A stretch of DNA of 32,000 nt from Candidatus Iainarchaeum sp. (GCA_016205145.1 JACQJH010000001.1:480001-512000); one strand, 5' to 3'. Positions 7,489 to 17,689 are shown, numbered from the stretch's first letter. Notes: generated from the letters alone by a model not told the origin. Numbers and translations are program-made.

Positions 7489-7668
7489 CGAAGAAAACCC
7501 TCTGCTTACAGAAACCCCCTTTATTCTTTTTATAATAATTGTTGACATGATTATTCAAATGTGAATTTAGGCTTTTGAATCCGCTTTGCCGGAGCCCCGC
7601 GCCGGGGAAAAAGCTTTTTATTACCTTTAACCCTTATTCTGTCAAAATTTTTTTAGTTTGGTGGTGGT

Positions 7669-8283
7669 TTGTTGAAAAAATCGTTTATTGCAGTTTCAAT
7701 TTTCTTCCTGATTTTCCTTTTGGGCTGTGCGCAGCAGGGCACCGGCATTGGCGGAGTTTCCCTGAAGGACTGCGGCAATGACGCGACCTGCTTCGACGCG
7801 GCTTCGCAGAAATGCGAGGCGGCGAAAGCAACGCTTTCACAGTCAACCGAACAGGGCTCCGTTCAAACCTATGCGGAGAGCAGGGGCAAGTCCGGCGGAA
7901 ACTGCGAATTTTATTCCAAGATAATCAAGTTTGACATTGCCACGGATGCCCCCGGGGTTTCGCCCGAATTTTCGGCCAAGGTGAATGCTCTTGTCAAGGG
8001 CCTTGAAGGCAAGGACATGGTATGCAGGGTTCCGGAGGACAAGGCAAAATCCCAGGTGCTGGACTTTGCCGAAAGCCAGGACCTTTTTGAAAAGTACTGC
8101 TCCGGTGCGCTGAAAGACGAGCTTTCAGCACTGCAGTCCAAGCTTGCGGATTTGGTGCAGCAGGAACTGCAGGCGCAGATTGCGGCAGCAGGCCCACAGT
8201 CCGGAACCGCTGACCCAACGGCTGAACAGCCCGCATATCCTGACTATGCTCCGCCGGTTGATGAAACGGGAAGCGCGCAATAA
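7669..8283 (+). CDS. secreted lipoprotein-like protein, unknown function
   Basis: N-terminal hydrophobic signal with lipobox-like FLLGC. Cys-containing globular part and a Q/A/P-rich tail. TTG start. Confidence 0.6.
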   Translation: MLKKSFIAVSIFFLIFLLGCAQQGTGIGGVSLKDCGNDATCFDAASQKCEAAKATLSQSTEQGSVQTYAESRGKSGGNCEFYSKIIKFDIATDAPGVSPEFSAKVNALVKGLEGKDMVCRVPEDKAKSQVLDFAESQDLFEKYCSGALKDELSALQSKLADLVQQELQAQIAAAGPQSGTADPTAEQPAYPDYAPPVDETGSAQ

Positions 8284-8295
8284 GCGCTTCTCCCC

Positions 8296-8318
8296 TTTTC
8301 TTTTTTTTTTAATTTTTT
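8296..8318. terminator. bidirectional oligo-T/A terminator between convergent genes
   Basis: T4, T10 and T6 runs (8296-8299, 8301-8310, 8313-8318) between the stop codons of the 7669..8283 and 8318..8941 genes. Confidence 0.55.
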
Positions 8319-8941
8319 CATTTGCCGAGAATTTCGGTCCTGCCGGAATAAAGCTTTTTGAATTTCTCGGCGTCCGCAGCCGAGCCCACAATGCTCGCGT
8401 AATGCATGGGCACGGCAATTTTCGGCCTGATTGTTTCAGCCGCCTTTGCTGCTTCTTCCGCGGTCATCACATAGGTTCCTGAAACGGGCAAAAACGCGAC
8501 GTCGATGTTTTCGAGCCCTGACATTTCCGGAATGAAATCCGTGTCGCCGGCGTGGTAAACGCGAATTCCGTCCATTTCAATTACAACGCCGATGCCCAGT
8601 CCCTTCGGATGGAATTTCTTGTTTGTGTTGTACGCCTCCACCGCGGAAATTCTGGCCCCGGCAATTTCAATGCTTTCGCCTGCGGACAAGCCGCTTGCGT
8701 TTTTGCCGATTTTTGCGGCACAGCTTTTGGCGCAGACGATTTTTGTCTTTTCGGACGAAATTTTTGCGATATCCTGCAGGCTCAGGTGATCGAAATGTTC
8801 GTGCGTTACAACGATTATGTCCGCCTTGAAACCGGCGGCAATCCTGAACGGGTCGATGCACACTGTTTTCGAGCCGGAAATCTTGGCCGAATCATGGCCC
8901 AGAAGCTCAAATGAAACATTCCTGAATTCAAGTTTTCCCAA
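8318..8941 (-). CDS. metallo-beta-lactamase-fold hydrolase (UPF0173-like)
   Basis: Metal-binding motif VVTHEHFDH. 207 aa. TTG start. Confidence 0.8.
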   Translation of the reverse strand: MGKLEFRNVSFELLGHDSAKISGSKTVCIDPFRIAAGFKADIIVVTHEHFDHLSLQDIAKISSEKTKIVCAKSCAAKIGKNASGLSAGESIEIAGARISAVEAYNTNKKFHPKGLGIGVVIEMDGIRVYHAGDTDFIPEMSGLENIDVAFLPVSGTYVMTAEEAAKAAETIRPKIAVPMHYASIVGSAADAEKFKKLYSGRTEILGK

Positions 8942-8980
8942 TCAAACACCGCCAGCATGTTTTGGTGCATTCCGGCTTTT

Positions 8981-10135
8981 TTATTTTTTGCCCGCATTGA
9001 GCACGACGATTGCGGTTGCGCTTGCCAGGGCGCTGAATGCGAATGCCGCCTGCGCCCCGAAAGCGCCCCACAGCACTCCTGCGATAATGCTTGCAGGCAA
9101 CAGCAGCAGTCCCGTTATGCCCTGGTACGTGGCAATGGCACCAGTCCTTTTTTCCTTCGGGACAAGCTCCGAGGCAATCGTGCGCTGAATGGTTTCAGTG
9201 CCGGCTGTGGCAATGCCATAAAGCAAAAGAAGCACGACTGCAATCCAGATTTCATTGGAGATTGCGAGCAGGGCGAAGGAAACCGCGAACAACGCAAATG
9301 AGACTGACAATCCATTTTTCCTTCCAAACCTGTCGGCAAGCCTGCCCAATGGAACCGTGAACAGCGCATACGCAATGTTGAATGCAAGGTATGCAAGCGG
9401 CACGAAAGCTATCGGCATTCCAAGCTCCTGGATTCTTATAAGGAGAAACGCAAGGCTCATGTTTCCGGCGGCAAAAACGCATGATGCCAGAAAGAACCGC
9501 CTGTAGCCAGTGCCTTCGCCGGCTAAAACCTTTTCCTCGGACGCCTTTGCATTTTTTGCCGCCGGTTCCCTTACAAGCACGAATATTGCCACCAGTGCCA
9601 CAACTGCCGGAATGAACGAGAGCAGGAAAACGAGCCTGAAATTGCCGGAAAAAACCGCGAGAATTGCGAACGCCAATAGTGGGCCGATTATCGCTCCAAG
9701 CGTGTCCATTGCGCGGTGCACGCCGAAAGAAAACCCGCGCGAACTCTTATCGGAAGAATCGGCTATGAGCGCGTCCCTCGGCGGCCCCCTGAGGCCTTTT
9801 CCGGCGCGGTCAACGAACCTGACTGCAAGGACATGCCACCACACGGTTGAAAGCGCAAAAAACGGTTTTGCTATCGCCGACAAACCGTAACCGAAAATCA
9901 TCGCGCTCTTTTTTTTGCCGAAAAACTTTTCCAGTTTGGGCGCGAGGAGGCTGAATACGCTGGCGGTCGATCCGGCAATGCCCTCGATCATGCCTATGGC
10001 CGCCTTGTCAAGCAGGAGCACGCCTGACATGAATGCCGGCAGAATGGAAAAAATCATTTCGCTTGAAATGTCGGTAAGCAGGCTGACAATGCCCAGAACA
10101 AAGACATTCGGCTTGATTTTGTCAAAAAACCCCAT
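8981..10135 (-). CDS. MFS transporter
   Basis: 384 aa, hydrophobic throughout with about 12 predicted helices. MFS motif-A-like GRLADRFGRK. Confidence 0.8.
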   Translation of the reverse strand: MGFFDKIKPNVFVLGIVSLLTDISSEMIFSILPAFMSGVLLLDKAAIGMIEGIAGSTASVFSLLAPKLEKFFGKKKSAMIFGYGLSAIAKPFFALSTVWWHVLAVRFVDRAGKGLRGPPRDALIADSSDKSSRGFSFGVHRAMDTLGAIIGPLLAFAILAVFSGNFRLVFLLSFIPAVVALVAIFVLVREPAAKNAKASEEKVLAGEGTGYRRFFLASCVFAAGNMSLAFLLIRIQELGMPIAFVPLAYLAFNIAYALFTVPLGRLADRFGRKNGLSVSFALFAVSFALLAISNEIWIAVVLLLLYGIATAGTETIQRTIASELVPKEKRTGAIATYQGITGLLLLPASIIAGVLWGAFGAQAAFAFSALASATAIVVLNAGKK

Positions 10136-10159
10136 CCTGCACCGCCGCGCCCAAAACCT

Positions 10160-11278
10160 TCAGGTGTTTCCGACCGCGCTTTTTTTGATTTCGTGGACCG
10201 CCAGCACGAACAATCCAGCAGTCCACGCGAAAGGCTTTTCGCATTTGAGCATGAATGAGTTTGCCGGAACGCCTTTTTCGTCGAGTATTTCAGGCGAGGC
10301 ATTGGCCATGTTTATGATGCCTGCGATTGCCCTGAGCTGCTGTTCCGCTTCCTTTGACAACCCCATCTGTTTCATTGCAACCGCGTTCAGGCAGCCGATC
10401 CACGGCCAGCTGAAGCCGTTATGGTAATGGTATGCCCTGAACGGCAGGAGCAGGAGCGCAATGCGCCATGGCGGATAAGGCGGAAAATTGGTTTTCATGG
10501 GCACTTTCGCAAGCTGCCTCTGCTTCACGTAATTCTGCACCATCTGCGCCTGCACACCATCGGCTATTCCCCAAAGGCACGCCAAAACGTTTCCGTCCGA
10601 GGAGAAAAAATCCTGTTCCCAGAAATCGAACCAGTCGTTGTAATAGCCGCCGTTCCAGAACCGCTGGTTCAATTTTTCCCTGACGCGTTCCGCAAGCCGT
10701 GCATGTTCTTCCGCAGGTTCCTTTTTCCCGGCAATGGCGCAAAGCTTTGAAAAATCCGACAACGCCCTGCAATAACAGCAGTTCGTGTAAAGCACGTTCC
10801 CGAATTTGAGGACAGTGTCCATCCAGTTGGCGAAAAGCCCTTCCTCGATGAGGAAATCACTGTTGCGGTCCCCCGCTTTCAGCCAGGCCATCGCCTTTTC
10901 TGCCTTTTCAAAATTGTCCAACAGGAATTTCCTGTCATTGCTTTTCTGCACATAGTCAAGGAATGCCATGAAAAAAAGCGCCTGGCTGTCGATGCAGGGC
11001 GAAAAAAGCATGGGCTTGTACGATGGCCTGAGCTTCCTTGAAACCCTGCCCGGCAGCAAGCCGTCCTTTCTCTGCAGGGAAAGGAACAGCGACAGGTTCT
11101 TTTTGGAAATTTCAAAGTCCCCGAGGCAGTTCGCGCCCAAAGAGGCGAAAAAGGAATCCCGCGCCCAGTACTCGTTGAAATTCCTCAGGCCTGCTACAAT
11201 CCCGTCCTTTGAATAGCATCTGCGCAGGTCGCCGGCCGCGGTTTCATACGCGAGCGCAATCTCGGTTTTTTCGGGCAT
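10160..11278 (-). CDS. (alpha/alpha)6-barrel glycosidase, amylo-alpha-1,6-glucosidase (GDE_C) / neutral-invertase-like
   Basis: YWARDSFFA and YHYHNGFSWPW motifs typical of GDE_C/GH100-type six-hairpin glycosidases. Confidence 0.7.
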   Translation of the reverse strand: MPEKTEIALAYETAAGDLRRCYSKDGIVAGLRNFNEYWARDSFFASLGANCLGDFEISKKNLSLFLSLQRKDGLLPGRVSRKLRPSYKPMLFSPCIDSQALFFMAFLDYVQKSNDRKFLLDNFEKAEKAMAWLKAGDRNSDFLIEEGLFANWMDTVLKFGNVLYTNCCYCRALSDFSKLCAIAGKKEPAEEHARLAERVREKLNQRFWNGGYYNDWFDFWEQDFFSSDGNVLACLWGIADGVQAQMVQNYVKQRQLAKVPMKTNFPPYPPWRIALLLLPFRAYHYHNGFSWPWIGCLNAVAMKQMGLSKEAEQQLRAIAGIINMANASPEILDEKGVPANSFMLKCEKPFAWTAGLFVLAVHEIKKSAVGNT

Positions 11279-11415
11279 GCCGCAAAGAATAGGAGCAAAA
11301 AAGCTTTAATGCTTTCAATTTGGCTGGCTTTTCTTCCGCCTTACCGGAAAAGCTTTTTAACCCCTTTACCTTTAATTAGTTCAGGTTTTTTTTGAGTCGC
11401 GGGGGAGAGAAAAAA

Positions 11416-13941
11416 GTGCAACGCTGGCATGCGGCTTTTCTTGCACTTCTCGCCGTATTGGTCCTTCCCGCAGGCGCATTCGCCGCGGTTTCACTCTCAA
11501 TCGCAGGCGGCGCGGCATACACCAACACCGCGACGCCGCAACTCGCCATAACCGCAGATAACACGACCGACGCCAACATGTTCTTTTCCTGCACTGGCGC
11601 GGTATGGTCAGCATCACAGCCATTCCAGGCAACTTATTCGTCTTTCAACATCACTTCCGGCGAAGGCTGTTCGTCTGGCGACGGCCTGAAACCGGTTCAC
11701 GTCAAAGTCCAAAAGCAAACCGGCGAAGAAACCGACAACAAAACGATAACCCTTGACACGTCGGTTCCGACAATTTCCGGCCGGACTCCGGCAAACAACA
11801 CTTACACTTCCAACACACTGCCGGCAATAATTTTCGATGCCAACGATTCCGGCTCAGGCATCAACGATTCAAACACGGTTTTGAAAATCGGCGGCTCCGC
11901 TGTCGACCTGACCGGCAAGAAAACCGCCACAAGCACGGGTTACAGGATTTCATACGCGATTTCCTCTGCCTTGTCGCATGCCCAGACCGTGAGCCTTGAG
12001 GCAAGCGCGGCCGACAATGCAGGAAACACTGTTTCCTCGTCCTGGTCTTTCACAGCGGATTTGCAGGGTCCATCAACCGCAAGCGTTTCATCTTCAAGCG
12101 ACACAAACAATGCGAATGTCAAGTTTTCCATAAGCAATGTTTCGGATTCCGGCATCGGCGTGACCCAAGGCAATGGAAAGGTTGCGTTTTCATGCACGAA
12201 TTCTCTGCCTTCAACAAGCGTTGCGTTCGCATCAGACGTAAACTTTGACATCACTTCGTCAAGCCACGGCTGTTCTTCTGGCGAGGGCGCAAAAGCCCTC
12301 TATTTCTGGGTTGCCGATGACTTGGGCAACTGGATGCAAACCGCTGCGCAGAAAACTGTAAACTATGATATAACAAAGCCGTCCACGCCTTCAACGCCCC
12401 GCATCACAGTCGGCGACAGCAAGATTGACCTTGCATGGGATGCGGCGTCCGACAACCTGAGCGGCCTCAAGGAATACGTCATTTACCAGGACAACGCTCT
12501 TCTCACCACTACCACGTCGACAACTTACACTGTAACCGGCCTTTCAAACGGTTCGACTTATTCTTTCAGCCTGAGTTCGCGCGACAATGCCGGCAACCAA
12601 AGCGACAAGTCCGGCAGTTCCGCTGGCGTGCCGGTGTCGTCTTCCGGCAGTTCCGGAAATTCCGGCTCTTCCGATTCATCCGATGATTCTGACAGCCCCG
12701 CGCCAACTGTGCTTGTCGACTCCACCCTGCCTGATGTTTCGTTTGTCAATCCTTCCGCGGGCGACAATGTCAAGGGCATTTTTGAGGTTAAGGTGAAGGC
12801 GACGGATGCGCGCGCGATTTACAATGTGGGCCTTTACGTCGACTCCAAGGATGAAAAAAACCTTGTCGCGGCAAAGGACGTTTCGGAGAACGACGAGTTT
12901 GCCTTTTCGGTTGATTCCTCGAAATGGCCTGACGGCAGCCATGAACTGATTGCGGTTGCAACGGACTTTTCGCCTCAGCGCAACAAGAACGAGGCAAAGC
13001 TTGCGGTTGTTTTCGCCAACGCCGAAAAAAAGCCGGAGCAGGCAGTGCAAAAGAAGGCCAAAACCGAAGAGCAAAAGCCTGAAACGGTTTATTCAAAAGT
13101 TTACATTATGCCTTCCAGGGAAAGCGCGGCAAAGGCCCTGGCCTTGCTTGGATTGGGTGCCAATGCAAGCGCAGAGGCCGCGAACACTGTTTCCAATGGA
13201 ACGCTTGAAAGGAAAATCGAGATTTCGTCTGATGCGGACAGCAACGGCTTGTTCGGCTTGAAAGTGCGGATTTCATTCACGAACGTTTCCGGCGGCGGCA
13301 GCCTGAAGGTCCTGGAATTCGTGCCAAAGGAAATAGCAGAAAAGGCTTCTTTAATCCGGTCGGAACTCCCCTTCAATGTCATTGCCGACGACCCGGTAAT
13401 AGAGTTTGACGTGAACGCGGATGCAAACCAGAGCGTTTCAATCGACTACTGGCTTGAGGCGGATTTGAACAAGGCCGAAGCGGAAAAGCTTTCAAAGGCA
13501 AACCTTGCATCCAAATTCAGCGCGCCCCCCGTTGTTCTGCCCGCGGAGACCAAAATAGATTACGCTTCGATAAAGGCCGCGGTTGAACCAAAACCGGATG
13601 ACTTGCTTTCCGGTTTTTCCGGCCTGCTGAGCCTCGCCGACATGAAGCTTCCGTTCGGGCTGAACGCGGGCATGGCTGTCCTCGGCATAATTGCGGTTTC
13701 ATTGGTGTTTTTGTTCGGAGCGTCGTTTTTGAGGAAAGCGCATTCGCCGGCTGAACAAGGCGAGCCGGGGGAAGAGCTCGGCGAAAAGGTTTTCGTCGAA
13801 GCCGACGAGACAATTGCAACGGAGCCTGTCACGGCTCCAGGGCAGATAATAAAAAGGCCCGCCGATAAAAAGCGGAAAAAGGATTCCCTGGAAAAGATTG
13901 AGGACAAAATAAAGGGCCTGCGGTCGAAAGAAGATTTATAA
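11416..13941 (+). CDS. large cell-surface protein (signal peptide, Ig/FN3-like repeats, Ser-rich linker, C-terminal TM anchor)
   Basis: The ORF opens at 11392 (TTG). GTG 11416 is preferred because it follows GGGGGAGAG and gives a WHAAFLALLAVLVLPAGAFA signal. Contains an FN3-like segment (DLAWDAASDNLSGLKEYVIYQDN...YTVTGLSNGSTYSFSLSSRDNAGN), an SSSGSSGNSGSSDSSDDSDS linker, a C-terminal TM helix GMAVLGIIAVSLVFLFGASFL and a K/E-rich tail. Confidence 0.75.
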   Translation: MQRWHAAFLALLAVLVLPAGAFAAVSLSIAGGAAYTNTATPQLAITADNTTDANMFFSCTGAVWSASQPFQATYSSFNITSGEGCSSGDGLKPVHVKVQKQTGEETDNKTITLDTSVPTISGRTPANNTYTSNTLPAIIFDANDSGSGINDSNTVLKIGGSAVDLTGKKTATSTGYRISYAISSALSHAQTVSLEASAADNAGNTVSSSWSFTADLQGPSTASVSSSSDTNNANVKFSISNVSDSGIGVTQGNGKVAFSCTNSLPSTSVAFASDVNFDITSSSHGCSSGEGAKALYFWVADDLGNWMQTAAQKTVNYDITKPSTPSTPRITVGDSKIDLAWDAASDNLSGLKEYVIYQDNALLTTTTSTTYTVTGLSNGSTYSFSLSSRDNAGNQSDKSGSSAGVPVSSSGSSGNSGSSDSSDDSDSPAPTVLVDSTLPDVSFVNPSAGDNVKGIFEVKVKATDARAIYNVGLYVDSKDEKNLVAAKDVSENDEFAFSVDSSKWPDGSHELIAVATDFSPQRNKNEAKLAVVFANAEKKPEQAVQKKAKTEEQKPETVYSKVYIMPSRESAAKALALLGLGANASAEAANTVSNGTLERKIEISSDADSNGLFGLKVRISFTNVSGGGSLKVLEFVPKEIAEKASLIRSELPFNVIADDPVIEFDVNADANQSVSIDYWLEADLNKAEAEKLSKANLASKFSAPPVVLPAETKIDYASIKAAVEPKPDDLLSGFSGLLSLADMKLPFGLNAGMAVLGIIAVSLVFLFGASFLRKAHSPAEQGEPGEELGEKVFVEADETIATEPVTAPGQIIKRPADKKRKKDSLEKIEDKIKGLRSKEDL

Positions 13942-13977
13942 TCAATAATGGTGCAATAAAATCGGGGTTGAAATTTT

Positions 13978-14754
13978 TTGGGCGAAAGCTTTCTTTTTTG
14001 TTCGGGGAAAGGCGGAGTCGGGAAGACTTCTTCCGCGATAAACCTTTCCTTCGCTTTGGCCGAGCTTGGCAGGCGTGTCGCGCTCGTCGACGTCAATGTC
14101 CCGAATCCGAACATCGCGTTCCATTTGAAGATTCCGGATTACGTTGAAACCCTGAATGAATTGATGCTGGGGAAAAAGCAGCAGCACAAGATTCCCGGCT
14201 ATTACAACTGGCGCCTTCGCATTGTTCCCGCGGCGTTTTCCGTGAGGGCAATGGAGAGCTTTGACCTCCGCTCTTTCAGCGCAGCGCTCAAAGGCATCTG
14301 CTCTGAAACCGATGTCATGATGCTTGACTCCGCACCAGGCCTCGGCGCGGAAGTCGTGGCGTCGCTTGAGGTTTCCGACAAGGTTGTCATAGTCACAAAC
14401 CCTGAAATTCCGGCCCTGGCGGATGCGGCAAAGACAATCCACATAGCAAATGACCGCGGCATAGAGGTTTCCGGCGTAATAGTGAACAGGGTGGGAAGGT
14501 TCAGGCACGAGCTGAAGCGCAGTGAAATCCTGAACGTGATCGACAATGTTCCGATTCTGGGCGAGATTCCCGAAGACCCGTTTGTTTCAAGCGCCGTGCG
14601 TTCCGGACAGCCGGTCGTGCTCAAATATCCTGCGAGCAAGGCGGCGCGCGAATACAAGCGCATTGCATCCAAGCTCATAGGCGAAAAGTTCGTCGACAGG
14701 ACCGGCGTTGTGGACCGCCTGCAATTGTTCCTTGAAAAATTCAAGCCGGTCTGA
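13978..14754 (+). CDS. MinD/ParA-family P-loop ATPase
   Basis: Deviant Walker A CSGKGGVGKTS. 258 aa. TTG start. Confidence 0.82.
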   Translation: MGESFLFCSGKGGVGKTSSAINLSFALAELGRRVALVDVNVPNPNIAFHLKIPDYVETLNELMLGKKQQHKIPGYYNWRLRIVPAAFSVRAMESFDLRSFSAALKGICSETDVMMLDSAPGLGAEVVASLEVSDKVVIVTNPEIPALADAAKTIHIANDRGIEVSGVIVNRVGRFRHELKRSEILNVIDNVPILGEIPEDPFVSSAVRSGQPVVLKYPASKAAREYKRIASKLIGEKFVDRTGVVDRLQLFLEKFKPV

Positions 14755-14804
14755 GGCAATTGTTTTAATTCCGTCATTGCATTGGTCTTTCAGGTGGTTG
14801 TCTT

Positions 14805-15449
14805 TTGAAAATTGCCGCATCAGTCCTGTCAGCCGATTTTTCGCGCCTTGGCGAGGAAATACGCGCTGTTGATGGCGCGGGCGTTGACTGGCTCCAGTTT
14901 GACGTCATGGACGGCATTTACGTTCCGAACATTTCTTTCGGCGCGCCAATAATCGCGTCGGCGCGCAAAGCTTCAAAGCTTTTTTTCGATTCGCATTTGA
15001 TGATTGCCAAACCGGAGCGGTTCATAAGCCAGTTCGCGGAAGCCGGCAGCGACAACATCACTTTTCACGTCGAAGCAACAAGGAATCCTGCGAAAACAAT
15101 AAAGATTATCCACGACAACGGCTGCAAGGCGGGGGTTGCGGCAAACGCAAAGGTTCCGGTCAAAAAACTTCTGCCATTCCTTTCAGAAGCCGACCTGGCG
15201 CTCATAATGACGGTCAACGCCGGTTTTTCAGGCCAGTCATTCATTTCCGGGTGCCTGAAAAAGGTCGAGGCCGTGGCAAAAACCAATGAAAGGGAAAAGC
15301 TCGGCCTTGAAATACAGGTCGACGGCGGAATAAACGCAAAAACCGCGCCATTGTGCCTTGCCGCGGGGGCAAACAACCTGGTTTCGGCTTCGCACATTTT
15401 CAAATCCGCCGATTATGCGAAGGCAGTGCTTTCGCTCCGGGGCCGGTAA
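14805..15449 (+). CDS. rpe: ribulose-phosphate 3-epimerase
   Basis: Motifs ASVLSADFSRLGEEI, QFDVMDGIYVPNISFG, HLM and QVDGGI. Confidence 0.9.
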   Translation: MKIAASVLSADFSRLGEEIRAVDGAGVDWLQFDVMDGIYVPNISFGAPIIASARKASKLFFDSHLMIAKPERFISQFAEAGSDNITFHVEATRNPAKTIKIIHDNGCKAGVAANAKVPVKKLLPFLSEADLALIMTVNAGFSGQSFISGCLKKVEAVAKTNEREKLGLEIQVDGGINAKTAPLCLAAGANNLVSASHIFKSADYAKAVLSLRGR

Positions 15450-15450
15450 A

Positions 15451-16806
15451 ATGGACGCCGCGGAAAAAATGCGCATTCTCGATGCAAACCTCGCATATTA
15501 CGGCATTTCGGTTGCGGATGCAATGGAAAACGCCGGCAAAGGCGTTGCCTCGGAAATCGAAAAGCGCTTCTGCCGGGGCAAGCGCAAAAAAATAGCTGTT
15601 TTCTGCGGCCTTGGCAATAACGGCGGCGACGGCCTGGTTTGCGCGCGTTATCTTGCAAAAAAAAACTCCGTTCACGTTTTCCTTGCCGGCAGGCCTGAAT
15701 TGATAAAAACCCCGGAAGCAAAGCTGAATTGGCAGAGGCTCAAAAAAACCAATGCCAAAGTGAAATGCATTTCTTCTGCATCGGAAATTTCCGCCGGCAA
15801 ATTCGACATTGTAGTCGAAGCCTTGGTGGGTTTGGGCGTTGAAGGCAGGCTGAAAGAGCCATTGCATTCCATTGTCGCAAAACTGAACGCCTTGCATGCA
15901 GGCAAGGTTGCAGTGGATGTTCCCGCGCCGGGCTTCAAGGCTGATCTGACCGTCTCCCTTCACAACGCAAAAGTGAATGGCGCCGTCGTGGTCGGCATCG
16001 GCATTCCAAAAGAGCTGGAAAACTTCACCGGCCCGGGCAATGTGAAAATCCTGAAACGGCCGGCCAAAAACAGCCACAAGGGCGAGAACGGAGTCGTTTT
16101 GCTTGTAGCAGGTTCAAGGAAATGGCATGGCGCCCCGGTTTTTGCCGGCCTCACGGCTTCAAGGCTCTGCGACCTGGTTTTGTTTGCCACTGCCCGGGAA
16201 AACATTCCAATAGCAAAGAAGGCTTCGCCGGAATTCATTGTCTTTCCCCTCCAATCTGCCTTGAAGGAAATAAACAAGGCTGACTGCGTGCTCATCGGCC
16301 CGGGCCTTGAGCCGAGCGCTTCAAACAAGGCGCTGATCAAAAAGCTTCTTTCGCACAAGGACAAGAAGTTCGTGCTCGACGCAACCGCGCTCCGGCTTGC
16401 GAACCCGTACTGGCTGAACGCAAATTGTGTTGTGACGCCGCACCGCGCCGAATTCAAGGCACTGTTCAAAGCCGGGCCGAACGAAAAAAACGTGAAGGCA
16501 ATGGCGAAAAAGTTCAACTGCATTGTCGTCCTGAAAGGTTCCGTCGACCTCATTTCCGACGGCCGGGCGGTTTACAAGAATTTTTCCGGCAACCAGGGCA
16601 TGACCAAAGGCGGCACTGGAGACGTGCTTGCCGGCCTGATTGCGGGCTTTGCGGCAACAAACGATTTGCTTTTGTCGTGCCTTGCCGCAGCTTTCCTGAA
16701 CGGCTTTGCCGGCGACTTGCTGAAAGAAGAGCGCGGATTCATGTTCAATGCCCAGGATTTAATGGAAATGATTCCCCGCGCAAAAAAACTTTTGGATGAA
16801 TTGTGA
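15451..16806 (+). CDS. nnr: bifunctional NAD(P)H-hydrate epimerase/dehydratase (YjeF_N + YjeF_C)
   Basis: Motifs GLGNNGGDG (N domain) and TKGGTGDVLAGLIAG (C domain). ATG 15451 lies 1 nt after the rpe stop. The ORF-track start 15358 overlaps rpe and is unlikely. Confidence 0.85.
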   Translation: MDAAEKMRILDANLAYYGISVADAMENAGKGVASEIEKRFCRGKRKKIAVFCGLGNNGGDGLVCARYLAKKNSVHVFLAGRPELIKTPEAKLNWQRLKKTNAKVKCISSASEISAGKFDIVVEALVGLGVEGRLKEPLHSIVAKLNALHAGKVAVDVPAPGFKADLTVSLHNAKVNGAVVVGIGIPKELENFTGPGNVKILKRPAKNSHKGENGVVLLVAGSRKWHGAPVFAGLTASRLCDLVLFATARENIPIAKKASPEFIVFPLQSALKEINKADCVLIGPGLEPSASNKALIKKLLSHKDKKFVLDATALRLANPYWLNANCVVTPHRAEFKALFKAGPNEKNVKAMAKKFNCIVVLKGSVDLISDGRAVYKNFSGNQGMTKGGTGDVLAGLIAGFAATNDLLLSCLAAAFLNGFAGDLLKEERGFMFNAQDLMEMIPRAKKLLDEL

Positions 16807-16813
16807 ACGGGCT

Positions 16814-17689
16814 TTATTCGGAGTCGACGCCTTTCACGCCCTTATCCGTTTCATGGCCCGGCTTTTCCCGGTTTTTCCTTAAGCGAAGGTATGCCGCATA
16901 GACTATTCCGAGATACGCAAAGTATCCGAGCACCTGCGACAGGGATGGCGCGGTGTCATATCCGACAATGCCTTTCAGGATTCCGCCGACTGCGCCTTTC
17001 TCGTGCATCAATGCGTAGCTGCCGTCGGCATTCATCGGCGGCGTGATGTCGTAAACGTGTTCCACTATGACGGGGAGCGCACCGGCTTCCTCCAATTCAT
17101 GGATTCCCTGTGAAAACAGGCCGGCCGCCAGCAGAACGAGAATTATGCTTGTGAATTTGAAGAACCTGCTCAATCTGACGTGCACGATGTGCCTGAAAAT
17201 AAGGTATGCCGCCACAACCGCCAAGGCAAACCCGATTGCAACCGCAGCAATGCTCACGGCTCCGGAGGAAATCCTGATGCCGTTAAGGAAAAGCACTATT
17301 TCAATGCCCTCGCGGAATATGTTCACGAATGACAGCATTGCAATGCCGATGCCGCTGCCAAGCATTGCCTGCCTGCCCACGCCCCGCTCTACTTCCTGCG
17401 CGATTTTCCTGTGCTTTAACATCCAGAGTATGAGCCATGTCACGAGAGCAGCCGCAACAATGAGCGTGACTCCTTCAAAAAGCGCTTCGACCGGCTCGAA
17501 GGCTTCCTCTGCAAACCCGAACAATGCCGCGGCAAGAACGCTCGCGATTCCCGCAAAAGCCGCGCCAATCCACACGTTTCCGGCAAACCTGCCGTTGCCG
17601 GTCTTGTAAAGGTACGCGAGCATTATGCCCACAAGCAATGAAATCTCGAAAAATTCCCTGAACGCAACAATGAATTCCGCAAGAGCCAT
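16814..17689 (-). CDS. FTR1/EfeU-family high-affinity iron permease
   Basis: Two REXXE motifs (REFFE, REGIE) in a multi-TM protein. Start taken at MALAEF (17689). The ORF-track extension to 18172 crosses the divergent promoter. Confidence 0.8.
   Translation of the reverse strand: MALAEFIVAFREFFEISLLVGIMLAYLYKTGNGRFAGNVWIGAAFAGIASVLAAALFGFAEEAFEPVEALFEGVTLIVAAALVTWLILWMLKHRKIAQEVERGVGRQAMLGSGIGIAMLSFVNIFREGIEIVLFLNGIRISSGAVSIAAVAIGFALAVVAAYLIFRHIVHVRLSRFFKFTSIILVLLAAGLFSQGIHELEEAGALPVIVEHVYDITPPMNADGSYALMHEKGAVGGILKGIVGYDTAPSLSQVLGYFAYLGIVYAAYLRLRKNREKPGHETDKGVKGVDSE

Noticed and set aside
15358-15450. Upstream start for nnr at 15358
   Set aside because: It overlaps the 3' end of rpe in another frame. 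ATG 15451 sits 1 nt after the rpe stop and gives a normal YjeF_N N-terminus.
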